Below, one piece after another: positions 49,330 through 58,401 of a stretch of DNA of 64,000 bases. Under the pieces are notes generated by a model. The model worked only from the letters and a program-made list of their open reading frames with translations, was not told the origin of the DNA and ran no database searches. The stretch's first letter is position 1. Each line of letters opens with the position of its first letter. The stretch is from assembly GCA_963721525.1 (NCBI GenBank), contig CAVRJL010000008.1, positions 1 to 64,000 of the forward strand, read 5' to 3'. Source of the stretch: an uncultured Negativicutes bacterium. GTDB taxonomy: Bacteria; Bacillota; Negativicutes; JBAXTZ01. Made by a program: the position numbers and the translations under genes.

Positions 49330-50847
49330 TTACCCTAACTTACGAGCCATTCTTTTCTTTTCTTCATCAGAAGAAAATTTCTTTGTTCCAAACAATATAC
49401 TATTTTTATCCGTATCTCTATATAAAGAAAATAGATATACAGTATTAGGAAGTATTTTTTCTTTAATATTTTTCCAATAATTCCAAAATACTGGAACACT
49501 TATATTATTTCCTCTCATATCAGAGCAATCGACAAATGCCATCTCTCTTCCATTTTTATCATTAAAGGCTCTAAATTTTTCAACTATAACGGGAACAGGA
49601 AGTGAAGTTTGAAAATTCGTTATATCTTCAAAATATCTTCCGCATAAACCTTTTCTAAATCCTTGATTTATAACTGTAACCATTTTATCTGTAAACAAAG
49701 TATGAAAGAAATTAAAACCAAGAAATTCTTTTTCATATTGAGCGAGTAACAATCCTGTTGTTTCAAGACCTGGAATTCTATCTGCTTCTGCTTCTATTTT
49801 ATCCCATACATCAACAAGTTTTTCTGCTATTTTTATATTCTTTTTCTTTTCCAAATATTGTTCGAGAATAAATATGTTTTTAGTTCTTTCGCTACCAATA
49901 AGTTCATCAAATGCTCCAACAGAAACCAAAGCATTAATTACTGTTTTTGTTATTCTTTCACCTTTTATTTTATGCATAAAATCGAAAAAAGAAATATATG
50001 GTTGATTATCTACTATTTTTGTAGCAGGAACATCGCCTATACTTTTTACTTCATTTAGCCCAAAACGAATATTGTTTCCTTCTGGATGAAAATGAATTTT
50101 TGATTTATTTATATCAGGAGGAAGAATAGAAAATCCTTGTAGTTTACATAAAGTAAGTTTTTCTTTTAAAGGAGCATCTTCTTTTCCTTTGTAAGTTAAG
50201 ATAGAACTAAAATAATAAACTTTAAAATAAAATGATAAATAAAGATTTATCATAGATATATAAGTATAAGCTACACAATGACTTAAATTAAAAGAATAAG
50301 ATGATAATTTTAATAAATCATCAGCAACAACTTTTGCATCACTTTTTTTTATTCCTTTGCTTACTGCACCATTTTCAAACTTTTTAACAACCTCATCCCA
50401 TCTATCCAAATCTATTTTTTTCTTATCTGCCTTTCCCAAAATTTTCATTAATGCACGAACTTCATTAGTTTCCGAAAGGGTAAAGCCACCAATAATATTA
50501 AATATAGACATACATTGTTCTTGATATATAGCACATCCTGCCGTATCTTTTAAAACTTCTTGAACTTGTTGAGGATATTTATTTATTCCATTATCTCTAC
50601 TATTTAAATAATCATCTACAAAATTAATGGTTCCTGGTCTCGCAAACGCAGAAACTGCACAAACTTCATCAAAATTTTTTGGTTTTATTTTTTTAACAAG
50701 ACCTTCTGCGGTTTGGGCCGATAATTGAAATGTATTTATACTTCTATCTTCATTTAACTCTTCATATAAATTTTTATCAGTTAAATCTAAATCATAAAGA
50801 AAATCTTTTAGTTCTTGCTTTGAAACTTCGCGAACTATCTTAATCAT
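49330..50847 (-). CDS. dnaE: DNA polymerase III alpha, piece 4 (fingers, HhH, OB fold)
   Basis: TFQL, ARPG, IYQEQ, YSFNLSH..AY, ILPPDINKS, IRFGL..VKSIG, KNGREMAF. Confidence 0.9.
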   Translation of the reverse strand: MIKIVREVSKQELKDFLYDLDLTDKNLYEELNEDRSINTFQLSAQTAEGLVKKIKPKNFDEVCAVSAFARPGTINFVDDYLNSRDNGINKYPQQVQEVLKDTAGCAIYQEQCMSIFNIIGGFTLSETNEVRALMKILGKADKKKIDLDRWDEVVKKFENGAVSKGIKKSDAKVVADDLLKLSSYSFNLSHCVAYTYISMINLYLSFYFKVYYFSSILTYKGKEDAPLKEKLTLCKLQGFSILPPDINKSKIHFHPEGNNIRFGLNEVKSIGDVPATKIVDNQPYISFFDFMHKIKGERITKTVINALVSVGAFDELIGSERTKNIFILEQYLEKKKNIKIAEKLVDVWDKIEAEADRIPGLETTGLLLAQYEKEFLGFNFFHTLFTDKMVTVINQGFRKGLCGRYFEDITNFQTSLPVPVIVEKFRAFNDKNGREMAFVDCSDMRGNNISVPVFWNYWKNIKEKILPNTVYLFSLYRDTDKNSILFGTKKFSSDEEKKRMARKLG

Positions 50848-51065
50848 TATCTATTTCCAGTAGTGCTTGTGTTAGGATTCCATAAATTAGTAATAGCAGC
50901 AGTAGTAGTAGTAATATTACTATATGCTATTGTATTTATTGTATAATAGAAGTTAGTATGGTTACTATATATTTTGGTTAATTTACTCATAGCTTCTTTT
51001 GCTAATTGTGCTTTTTCTTCATTGCCATCGAAATCGAATTCTAATTGCCTCGGGTCCCTTTTCAT
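50847..51065 (-). CDS. Small protein with N-terminal RQLEFDF
   Basis: MKRDPRQLEFDFD; stop overlaps the dnaE piece-4 start. Confidence 0.7.
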   Translation of the reverse strand: MKRDPRQLEFDFDGNEEKAQLAKEAMSKLTKIYSNHTNFYYTINTIAYSNITTTTAAITNLWNPNTSTTGNR

Positions 51066-51076
51066 TTATTTCCTTT

Positions 51077-51505
51077 TTATACTATTACCGATATATTATA
51101 ATTTTCACGCTCACCATAATTATTTATTGTAAATGTAATACTTACCCTACTGCCATATAAACTATAATTTCTTTCAATAGTAAAATTTATAATTTTTTCA
51201 GCAACTAAAAAATCAGACATTGCTAATCGCAATCGTTCCATAAATTCATTAATTCTTGTTTCAGTTACTGGAATAAATACAAGTTGACTACGCACAACAT
51301 TTACAGTTTCTTGTATTTGTGCTCTGATTTCAGCATTAGTAAGAGGTCTTTCAAGATTAACATCATAAATAAGTTGCTGATAATAAATAGTGTTATCAAA
51401 AGTTGAAGGAGCCATTGGATACACTTCAGCAATATTTATCCAGAAAGTATCTTTTTTTGGCTTCTCGTCAAAGTCAAATTCCAACTGCCTGTTCTCTTTC
51501 TTCAT
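51077..51505 (-). CDS. Protein with N-terminal RQLEFDF
   Basis: Start MKKENRQLEFDFD after AAGGAG. Confidence 0.7.
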   Translation of the reverse strand: MKKENRQLEFDFDEKPKKDTFWINIAEVYPMAPSTFDNTIYYQQLIYDVNLERPLTNAEIRAQIQETVNVVRSQLVFIPVTETRINEFMERLRLAMSDFLVAEKIINFTIERNYSLYGSRVSITFTINNYGERENYNISVIV

Positions 51506-51851
51506 CTTCAAGCTCCTTATCCCAAACTTTTTCAACTATATTATCATAACTTATAAATTTAGCAATAGTATCACGCTTACGAGACTTCCTTAAAATCTCA
51601 CGTATTCTAAAATCAGAATTAGCCCACATAAAACTAAATATATTTTTATCTGGATTTACTTTCCCTTCTAACACTTTTTTGTATAAGTTTAAACAGCATT
51701 CTTGTGCCATATCTTGGCGTATATCTTCACTACTTATTTTATATTTTTGTGAAAGAAGAAAATCACTTATTTTGTATGCTTCCTTGAATACATAATCCCA
51801 ATTTTCTTTTAGAAATTCTTGCTTCAATTTTATTTTATCTACCGCTAACAT
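51474..51851 (-). CDS. Short sigma-factor-like protein (region 2; T4 gp55-like candidate)
   Basis: EDIRQDMAQECCLNLYK...KNIFSFM...IREILRK. Confidence 0.5.
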   Translation of the reverse strand: MLAVDKIKLKQEFLKENWDYVFKEAYKISDFLLSQKYKISSEDIRQDMAQECCLNLYKKVLEGKVNPDKNIFSFMWANSDFRIREILRKSRKRDTIAKFISYDNIVEKVWDKELEDEEREQAVGI

Positions 51852-51862
51852 TTAATTCCTTA

Positions 51863-52123
51863 TTAATCAGATTTTGGAAAGATTTCTAATAGTGTTGCTA
51901 TATCGCTAAAATCTACCATCAATTTCCCTACCATTATTGCTATCTTTGGTATAGATTGAGCTGGGTCTCCTTCTGTATCAGAACTATTATAAAATATAGT
52001 TTCCAACGCATTGAAATAAGCTTGGCACTCTTCAAACTTACTTTTCACTAACAAAACTTGGTCTTCCCCTTTAATCATTTTTTTCTCCTTACTATTCTTA
52101 TACCATTTATAAAATCTCGTCAA
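51863..52123 (-). CDS. Hypothetical protein (likely start MIKG)
   Basis: AAGGAG before the internal ATG. Confidence 0.6.
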   Translation of the reverse strand: MTRFYKWYKNSKEKKMIKGEDQVLLVKSKFEECQAYFNALETIFYNSSDTEGDPAQSIPKIAIMVGKLMVDFSDIATLLEIFPKSD

Positions 52124-52133
52124 GATAATATAA

Positions 52134-52868
52134 ATGGATAATACAACAAATATCTTGACCGAAAGCCTTTACAATCTTACTTTTTTCAATCGTTTATATA
52201 GATATATAATTTCTGAATATAGTGGGGTTACTATAAAGTCTGGTGAGAGTTTTCAAGCTGAAATTACTAGATATTTCCCAGAACAGCTTATTGTTTTAAA
52301 AGATAAAAATGGAGTTCCTCGGAAAACGCACAAGGTTATATTTGATTATAACTATTCTACAAAACGTAAATCCAGTAAACCTCTCTGTTTTTATTCAGAT
52401 AAAGGTGAAATAGTAATTCAAATAAATGCTGCTGTTACTTTTGACAAGTTGATTAATAATCTTGAATCTCCTACTTTTAAAGATATGCTACGGCACGAAG
52501 TTATCCATGCTATGGATATGTTAAGAAGCACAGAAGCATTAGAAGATGAAGACGTAGATGTAGATAAAAAATCAAAGTCAAAACATCATCAAAGTAAGCA
52601 AGCAGAAACATCTAATTATTGGAAAGATGAATATGAAATGAATCAATTTATTCACACAATGGCTCGGTATAAGACGCAATGGCCTACAAAATATAGTAAA
52701 ATAACAAATTTAGATGATATTTTTGACATTATGGATAGTCCTAAATATGGACTTACTGCTTATAAAAGTACCAAATCAATGAGAAACGACCCGAAGCTTA
52801 GAAAAGAAATTTTGAAACGTTTAGCTCGCGAAAATTTACTTCCGCTTGGGTTACGTTCTAAAATTTAG
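52134..52868 (+). CDS. HExxH protein, paralog of 26931..27566
   Basis: RHEVIHAMD; EMNQ; DPKLRKEILKRLAREN. Confidence 0.8.
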   Translation: MDNTTNILTESLYNLTFFNRLYRYIISEYSGVTIKSGESFQAEITRYFPEQLIVLKDKNGVPRKTHKVIFDYNYSTKRKSSKPLCFYSDKGEIVIQINAAVTFDKLINNLESPTFKDMLRHEVIHAMDMLRSTEALEDEDVDVDKKSKSKHHQSKQAETSNYWKDEYEMNQFIHTMARYKTQWPTKYSKITNLDDIFDIMDSPKYGLTAYKSTKSMRNDPKLRKEILKRLARENLLPLGLRSKI

Positions 52869-53298
52869 CTATTTCTTTATTTAAATAACTTTCAGGAACT
52901 ACCTTGGTCAAACCATCGTTGTCTATTATTAAATACAATTTTTCCGAAATCATTTCTATTGTTTGCTCTATAACGTCTAAAATACTTATTCCCAATATAT
53001 CTATTTTTACAATTCCCATACTTTCCAAAATAGATTCACTTCCACTTTCAGGAAATGCCGTTATAATCTCTCCATTTACTCTATCAACTGGTATATAGTT
53101 ATACAAAGGTTTTGGGGTTATTACTACTCCACCAGCATGAGTTCCACAATTATGAACTAAGACATCATCAACGAAAAAATTTGGTTCATTATTGAAAAAG
53201 TCATTCTCGTTATTTGAAATATCATAGCATTCTTCATAACCTATTTCTATGATTGAACAAACTCTGTCAATTTTAGTTTGTTTATTTTTATTACACAT
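52858..53298 (-). CDS. dnaE: Split intein C-fragment (50 aa) plus DnaE piece 3
   Basis: CYDI..NFFVDDVLVHN|CGTHAGGVVI..VKIDILG (third catalytic Asp). Confidence 0.9.
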   Translation of the reverse strand: MCNKNKQTKIDRVCSIIEIGYEECYDISNNENDFFNNEPNFFVDDVLVHNCGTHAGGVVITPKPLYNYIPVDRVNGEIITAFPESGSESILESMGIVKIDILGISILDVIEQTIEMISEKLYLIIDNDGLTKVVPESYLNKEIAKF

Positions 53299-53407
53299 TT
53301 TTTCCCCTCCTCTAAGCTATCATTGTTATATTTATCTCTATTAAATTTATTATACCTATTATCATTTAATTTTTGTAATATTACTAATAATATTTTTTGA
53401 GGAATGA

Positions 53408-54262
53408 TTATTGTTTTACCATTAGTTTATCACCTATCTTCAAATCTTTCATTTTTTTCATTCCGTCTACTGTAAATAAAATATGCTCGTCAGAAGTTCT
53501 TATTTTTTTTCCACTTTCAAGAGTTATTTCAAATACTTTTTTCTTTCCGCTTTTTATGAGTTCATAGTTTTTTGTATATGATAGATCACCATTTGATCTT
53601 AGATAAAGAATAGCATCCTGTTTATTTAGATCTTCTATTTTTTTCTTTCCGCTAGAAGTATCAACGAGCTGATAATGTGGCAAACACTGTCGTATTTTAC
53701 CTATAAAATAGGGAACCAAATCGAGAACAGTTTTATGTTCTGTATAGAACTGATACTGTGCCGGTGAGGTTTCTTGTATTACTTTTATGTTTTCTTCCCA
53801 TGTCAAATCCTTTTGTAAAAATGAAGTAAACAATTTTGAAACTTTGAAATCTACATTATAAATACGCAATAAATCAGAAGCAGCAGAAGCAGGACCCATT
53901 ATTGAATAAGTTCCAACATGAGCAAAGCAATCAGCACCATATTTTTCTTTCAAATGATTTTGTATTTTTGCCTTACCTTCTGATGACCAGTCAGTATCAA
54001 TATCTGGCAAAGAGAAACTTCCATTTTTTACTTGTATTAAATTAGGTTTTTTATCTATCACTTCGTTGGTAATACCAAGTAAAAATGGTATAATATATCT
54101 CTTATCTATTTTATCTTTTTTTTCAAGAAGTTCTTTGTGAAGGTTTCTACCATTATCATAAAATCTTTTTGCTGCTAACATTTCTCTTTTATATGCTAAT
54201 AGATACTGAGGATATTTTTGTATTTCTTTATCGCAATAATTTTTTAATTCTTCATATGTCAA
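53408..54262 (-). CDS. dnaE: DnaE piece 2 (PDIDTD palm) plus intein N-fragment (92 aa)
   Basis: SLPDIDTDW; GKIRQ|CLP...IRTSDEH...DLKIGD. Confidence 0.9.
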   Translation of the reverse strand: MTYEELKNYCDKEIQKYPQYLLAYKREMLAAKRFYDNGRNLHKELLEKKDKIDKRYIIPFLLGITNEVIDKKPNLIQVKNGSFSLPDIDTDWSSEGKAKIQNHLKEKYGADCFAHVGTYSIMGPASAASDLLRIYNVDFKVSKLFTSFLQKDLTWEENIKVIQETSPAQYQFYTEHKTVLDLVPYFIGKIRQCLPHYQLVDTSSGKKKIEDLNKQDAILYLRSNGDLSYTKNYELIKSGKKKVFEITLESGKKIRTSDEHILFTVDGMKKMKDLKIGDKLMVKQ

Positions 54263-54444
54263 AATTCAAACTCCATTTGTCCTTTTTGTGGTTTTATCAT
54301 ATGTATAAAAAGCTGAAATTCACTTGGTATGACAAATACGTAACCTTTTTCTTGCCAACCTTTTTTAACTAATTCGTATCGTATTTTTGCTAATTCTTCA
54401 TGAGTTTCAGCATGGACAGTTATTTCATATTTCATTGATTTCAC
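54259..54444 (-). CDS. Small protein ending in QMEFEF
   Basis: ...KGQMEFEF*; overlaps the dnaE piece-2 start. Confidence 0.75.
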   Translation of the reverse strand: MKSMKYEITVHAETHEELAKIRYELVKKGWQEKGYVFVIPSEFQLFIHMIKPQKGQMEFEF

Positions 54445-54640
54445 CTAAGGAAATTATTCCAGCAAGCAAACTTGTAAAACATACAATTCTCATTATTCCA
54501 GCAAATCCTGTTGTTCCAAGTATATACAATGGTGTAAAATGTAGCGTCCAAATAAACAAACCGATTGCTCCAAATAGATAACAGCCAATAGCCCATAAAA
54601 TACCAGTTCCAATTCCTCTCAAAACATTTAATAAATTCAT
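54425..54640 (-). CDS. Small membrane protein
   Basis: Two hydrophobic segments. Confidence 0.65.
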   Translation of the reverse strand: MNLLNVLRGIGTGILWAIGCYLFGAIGLFIWTLHFTPLYILGTTGFAGIMRIVCFTSLLAGIISLGEINEI

Positions 54641-55915
54641 TTATTCTCCTTCATTAAAATAATCATAACAAAAATCTATAAGTCTAGCTTGACTGATAAA
54701 TCTTTCAAAAAATAATCCATATTTTATGGGGTCAAGTGTGGTTATTCCTAAGCAAAACACTACTAATGAACCTGAACTTGAACCTCTACCTGTGCTATGA
54801 GTTATTTCATTTTTTTTAGCAAAATCAAATATATCTTCAAGTATTAGTAAGTAACTACAAAAACCTTTTCGTATAATAGTCGAAAGTTCATAAGCAAGTC
54901 TTCTTTTATATTCCAAAGGGCATTCTTCAAAAGGTTTCTTAAAGTAATTAGATAAACCCTCTTTCGCTTTATTTACTAACAATACTTCATCATCATCTGA
55001 TATATTTGGTAATATAATTTTATTTCTTTCTGGTATTTGAAAATCAATTCTATCTGCTATCAATCCCGCATTATTATATATTTCTTCTATAAAATCTTCT
55101 TTATAATTATATCCAAAATCTTTATTGAATTTCTGATAATCAGAAATGTTATGATAGTATAAATGTTTACTTTCAAGTTCAAAAGTTAATTTGTCTATTG
55201 TTGATTTATCTCTAATAGCAATGGAAAGTGTTTGAAGTTTATCCTGCCCTGCTTCTGCGTAATGAACGTCTCCTGTAAGAACTATTGGAACGCCATTACC
55301 TTTCGCTCTATCTATTACCCAATCATTATACTGTGCCTGTCCTCTTTTTAAGGAACCCATCTCACCTGTTAATTCATTTAATTGTATTTCAGCATATAAT
55401 CTGTCTTTAAAAACTTCTAAAAATTTAAAAAACAATTTATCTGCTATTCCATCATAACCACCATTTATTAGTGCTTGAGAAAATGGAGAGCCAAGGCATG
55501 CGGTTCCACAAAATAAACCATTTGAATGCTCGAATAATTCTTCTTTGGTTATTCGTGGAGCATAATAAAAATGTTTATCATCTGCCATTGATAGGTAATT
55601 TAAATAGAGTAGATTTTGATAACCTTCTTTATTTTGCGCTAAAAGAATAACATGCTGATTTTTTGTTCTCTTTCTTTTTTCATCTACTATTGTAACAAGT
55701 TCAGGGGCTATATACATTTCGATTCCTAAAATTGGTTTTATTCCATTTTTTAGACATGCTTGCTGATGACTCCACCACCCATTACATTTTCCATGGTCGG
55801 TAATTGCTAATGATGGATGATTGTATTGTTGTGCTTTTTTAGCATATTCATTTGAACTACCTATTCCATCCAAAATACTATACGTAGTATGAAGATGAAG
55901 CTGCGCGAAACTCAT
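54641..55915 (-). CDS. dnaE: DnaE piece 1 (PHP domain and start of palm)
   Basis: LHLHTTYSILDG, AITDHG, GIEMY, GDVHY, GRGSSSGS, FERF. Confidence 0.9.
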   Translation of the reverse strand: MSFAQLHLHTTYSILDGIGSSNEYAKKAQQYNHPSLAITDHGKCNGWWSHQQACLKNGIKPILGIEMYIAPELVTIVDEKRKRTKNQHVILLAQNKEGYQNLLYLNYLSMADDKHFYYAPRITKEELFEHSNGLFCGTACLGSPFSQALINGGYDGIADKLFFKFLEVFKDRLYAEIQLNELTGEMGSLKRGQAQYNDWVIDRAKGNGVPIVLTGDVHYAEAGQDKLQTLSIAIRDKSTIDKLTFELESKHLYYHNISDYQKFNKDFGYNYKEDFIEEIYNNAGLIADRIDFQIPERNKIILPNISDDDEVLLVNKAKEGLSNYFKKPFEECPLEYKRRLAYELSTIIRKGFCSYLLILEDIFDFAKKNEITHSTGRGSSSGSLVVFCLGITTLDPIKYGLFFERFISQARLIDFCYDYFNEGE

Positions 55916-56210
55916 TTATATTTCCATTCCTTTATTTTTTGCTTATAAATATTTTTATACCATGCCGTATCGATTTGTAACAAATTTCACATAAATCCAT
56001 ATCTGTTGTTTTATCACTATCATCACACATTCTTAAAGAGAAAACACTTTCACCGTCACAATCTATTTCAATATCTCTTCCACAGCAATCACATATTATT
56101 TTTTTCATTCATTCTCCTATACAAAATTATTATAGCAATCTTTTATTTTTTAGTCAAGCAATTTATCTAAGTCAACAACGGTAAAGATAATACAAAGGGA
56201 AAATCAGCAA

Positions 56211-57944
56211 ATGAAAGATTTCCGTAAATATTTAACAGAAGCAGATACAAGAGCAAGTACTTCTTTTTACAATTTCAAAGAAATAGGTTCCGCTCAAAAT
56301 TATCAGCATGCTAAAAATGAACTTGAAAAGATAGCAAAAGACAAAGAACACGCCAAAGAATATATTGATGAGTTTAAGGGCGATATAAATGCCATAAAAG
56401 ATAAAGATATAAAATTTGCTATTGCTATAATCAGTCATAAAGCAAATGTGAAAGAAGACCAAGCTAAACCATCAGATAGCGTCCAAAGCGCTATAAGAAA
56501 TAAAAATACACCCAAAGAAGCAGAAGAACTTCTTAATAGTATTGGTTTTAAACCTTTGGATAGCAAAGAAGCACAAACTCTTTATTCTTCGTTGCTGCCA
56601 GAAATAAAAACTCATCAAGAAAATAGAGAATCACAGCAAACAGAAAAGATTCCAGAAACTGCCAAAGAGCAACCTTCTGAAAAAGAATCAGATGATGAAG
56701 AACCAGAAGAAGATAATGGTGAAGATTCAAAGGAAGATTCAGAGGAAGAGCCAGAAAAGGATAATACGGAAGAAGAGAAACCTTCTGAAGAAACCCCGCC
56801 TGAACGTTATGCTGGCAAAGACCCTAGTGAAATAGCTTCAAAAATAGAAGCCCTAGCAAAAGAAGAAAACGAAAAATTAAGAACTAAATCAAAAGAAAAT
56901 CCCCGTTCCCAAAGAATATATGCTGCCGCTCAAAATGAGCTTGATGCCAAACTTCGTAAATATGCTGAAAGAGCTGAAAAGCAACAAAGTAGATTTTCGG
57001 TTCATCCAACTCCACTATCAAAGCAAAGAGCTCTTACTAATGCTCAAATAGCTTATAACTACGCCCAGAGCGAAGTTAGAATGGTAAACAATAAGTATCT
57101 TCGTAAAGAACTTGGTTCTACCGCTTCTAATATGGCTAAATCAGTCGCTGGCGCCTTAAAGAATGCCAAAGAAAATGTAAAAGGAAAGATAGAAAACTCA
57201 CGAGCTATACAAAATACTTCTGATTTAGTAAAAAGAGGAATTCAAGCCGCAGCAGAAGGTGTTAAATCTGGTTATGCTAAAACCAAGGAAGGCGTTGAAC
57301 GTGGAGTTCAAAATGTAATAGACACACACGATGCCAAAGTTGCTTCTGCTAAAACTAATCCTATTGAAAAATCTCACTCTACTCTAAATAAAGCCGTTCA
57401 GGATATTATTGGAAAGTATCAGGCTGTTCCAGCACCGGTTCAAACTACCCAAGCACAAAACAACGTTCAGGATACTACTGACGGTCAAGCAGTTACGCAA
57501 CCAGTTGCTCTTGCTCAACCTGTTCCTACTCCACAACCAGCACCGGCCCCACAACCAGTAGCACAAGTTCAAACTTCTGTTCCACGAGTAGTAAAGGCAG
57601 TAAAGAAGCCAGTTCCAGCTAAAGAAGCAGACACAAAGGCAAAACGTGCTCCAAGAACATTTACTGTTGAAAAGAAAGCAGAAGAGCCAGAAAAAAAAGA
57701 AAAGAAAAAAGTTGCTCCAAATAAACAACTTCATTTTACTGAAAAAAGCTTTAATCAAAAGAAAAATAAGCTAACTCCAGAACAAGTGTTAGAAAGAAAA
57801 CGAGCTGGTGCTAAAAAAGCTGCTGAAGCTAAAAAGAAAACTCCTGAAGATAAAAGTCAAGGTATGTTGAATTTTAGTGCTTCGGTAGATACTTCATCAA
57901 AAAGTATTTCCAAAAATATACGCAATAGAATAAGGGGCAAATAA
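56211..57944 (+). CDS. Large low-complexity putative internal head protein
   Basis: MKDFRKYLTEA start resembles T4 capsid-targeting sequences; acidic, P/Q-rich and K-rich tracts; GTAAAGATAA upstream. Confidence 0.6.
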   Translation: MKDFRKYLTEADTRASTSFYNFKEIGSAQNYQHAKNELEKIAKDKEHAKEYIDEFKGDINAIKDKDIKFAIAIISHKANVKEDQAKPSDSVQSAIRNKNTPKEAEELLNSIGFKPLDSKEAQTLYSSLLPEIKTHQENRESQQTEKIPETAKEQPSEKESDDEEPEEDNGEDSKEDSEEEPEKDNTEEEKPSEETPPERYAGKDPSEIASKIEALAKEENEKLRTKSKENPRSQRIYAAAQNELDAKLRKYAERAEKQQSRFSVHPTPLSKQRALTNAQIAYNYAQSEVRMVNNKYLRKELGSTASNMAKSVAGALKNAKENVKGKIENSRAIQNTSDLVKRGIQAAAEGVKSGYAKTKEGVERGVQNVIDTHDAKVASAKTNPIEKSHSTLNKAVQDIIGKYQAVPAPVQTTQAQNNVQDTTDGQAVTQPVALAQPVPTPQPAPAPQPVAQVQTSVPRVVKAVKKPVPAKEADTKAKRAPRTFTVEKKAEEPEKKEKKKVAPNKQLHFTEKSFNQKKNKLTPEQVLERKRAGAKKAAEAKKKTPEDKSQGMLNFSASVDTSSKSISKNIRNRIRGK

Positions 57945-57972
57945 AATTAATAATGACATAATTTCCAACATA

Positions 57973-58401
57973 ATGAAACTTGCTGGTGTATTAAATAGTG
58001 CTGATGTGAAAGCACTTATCCCTCAAATAAGTAGTTTAGCCGCGCAAAAAGCACAGCAAGAACAAGCTACTCAGCAAACAGCTCAACAAGCACAAGTAAA
58101 GCAACAGCAAGTTCCAGTTGCGCCGATTCAGCAACCAGTAGCACAAGTTCCAGTAGCTCCCGCTCCTATTCAAGCATCAGTTGATACTTCTGGTAAGTAT
58201 GGCGCTATGCGAAGAGTAAAAAACAATATACAAGAAGGTTTTATACAAAATTATAAAATAGGAAAAGATTTTGTAAAAAAACTAAAAAAGCAAGGGGTTG
58301 ACTTCTCTGATAATGGAGAGTTAATGTCAGCCATAAAGAAAGAACATCCAGAATGGTCTATTTCTGATATAATGGAAATAGTAAAAAAAATTAAAAACTA
58401 A
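57973..58401 (+). CDS. Q/P/A-rich protein sharing segments with 56211..57944
   Basis: QPVAQV and ASVDTS are shared. Confidence 0.7.
   Translation: MKLAGVLNSADVKALIPQISSLAAQKAQQEQATQQTAQQAQVKQQQVPVAPIQQPVAQVPVAPAPIQASVDTSGKYGAMRRVKNNIQEGFIQNYKIGKDFVKKLKKQGVDFSDNGELMSAIKKEHPEWSISDIMEIVKKIKN

Noticed and set aside
57715-57880. QLHF and QGMLNF in the 577-aa protein as extra tag copies
   Set aside because: They do not match Q-[LIM]-x-F-x-F, so they were not counted.
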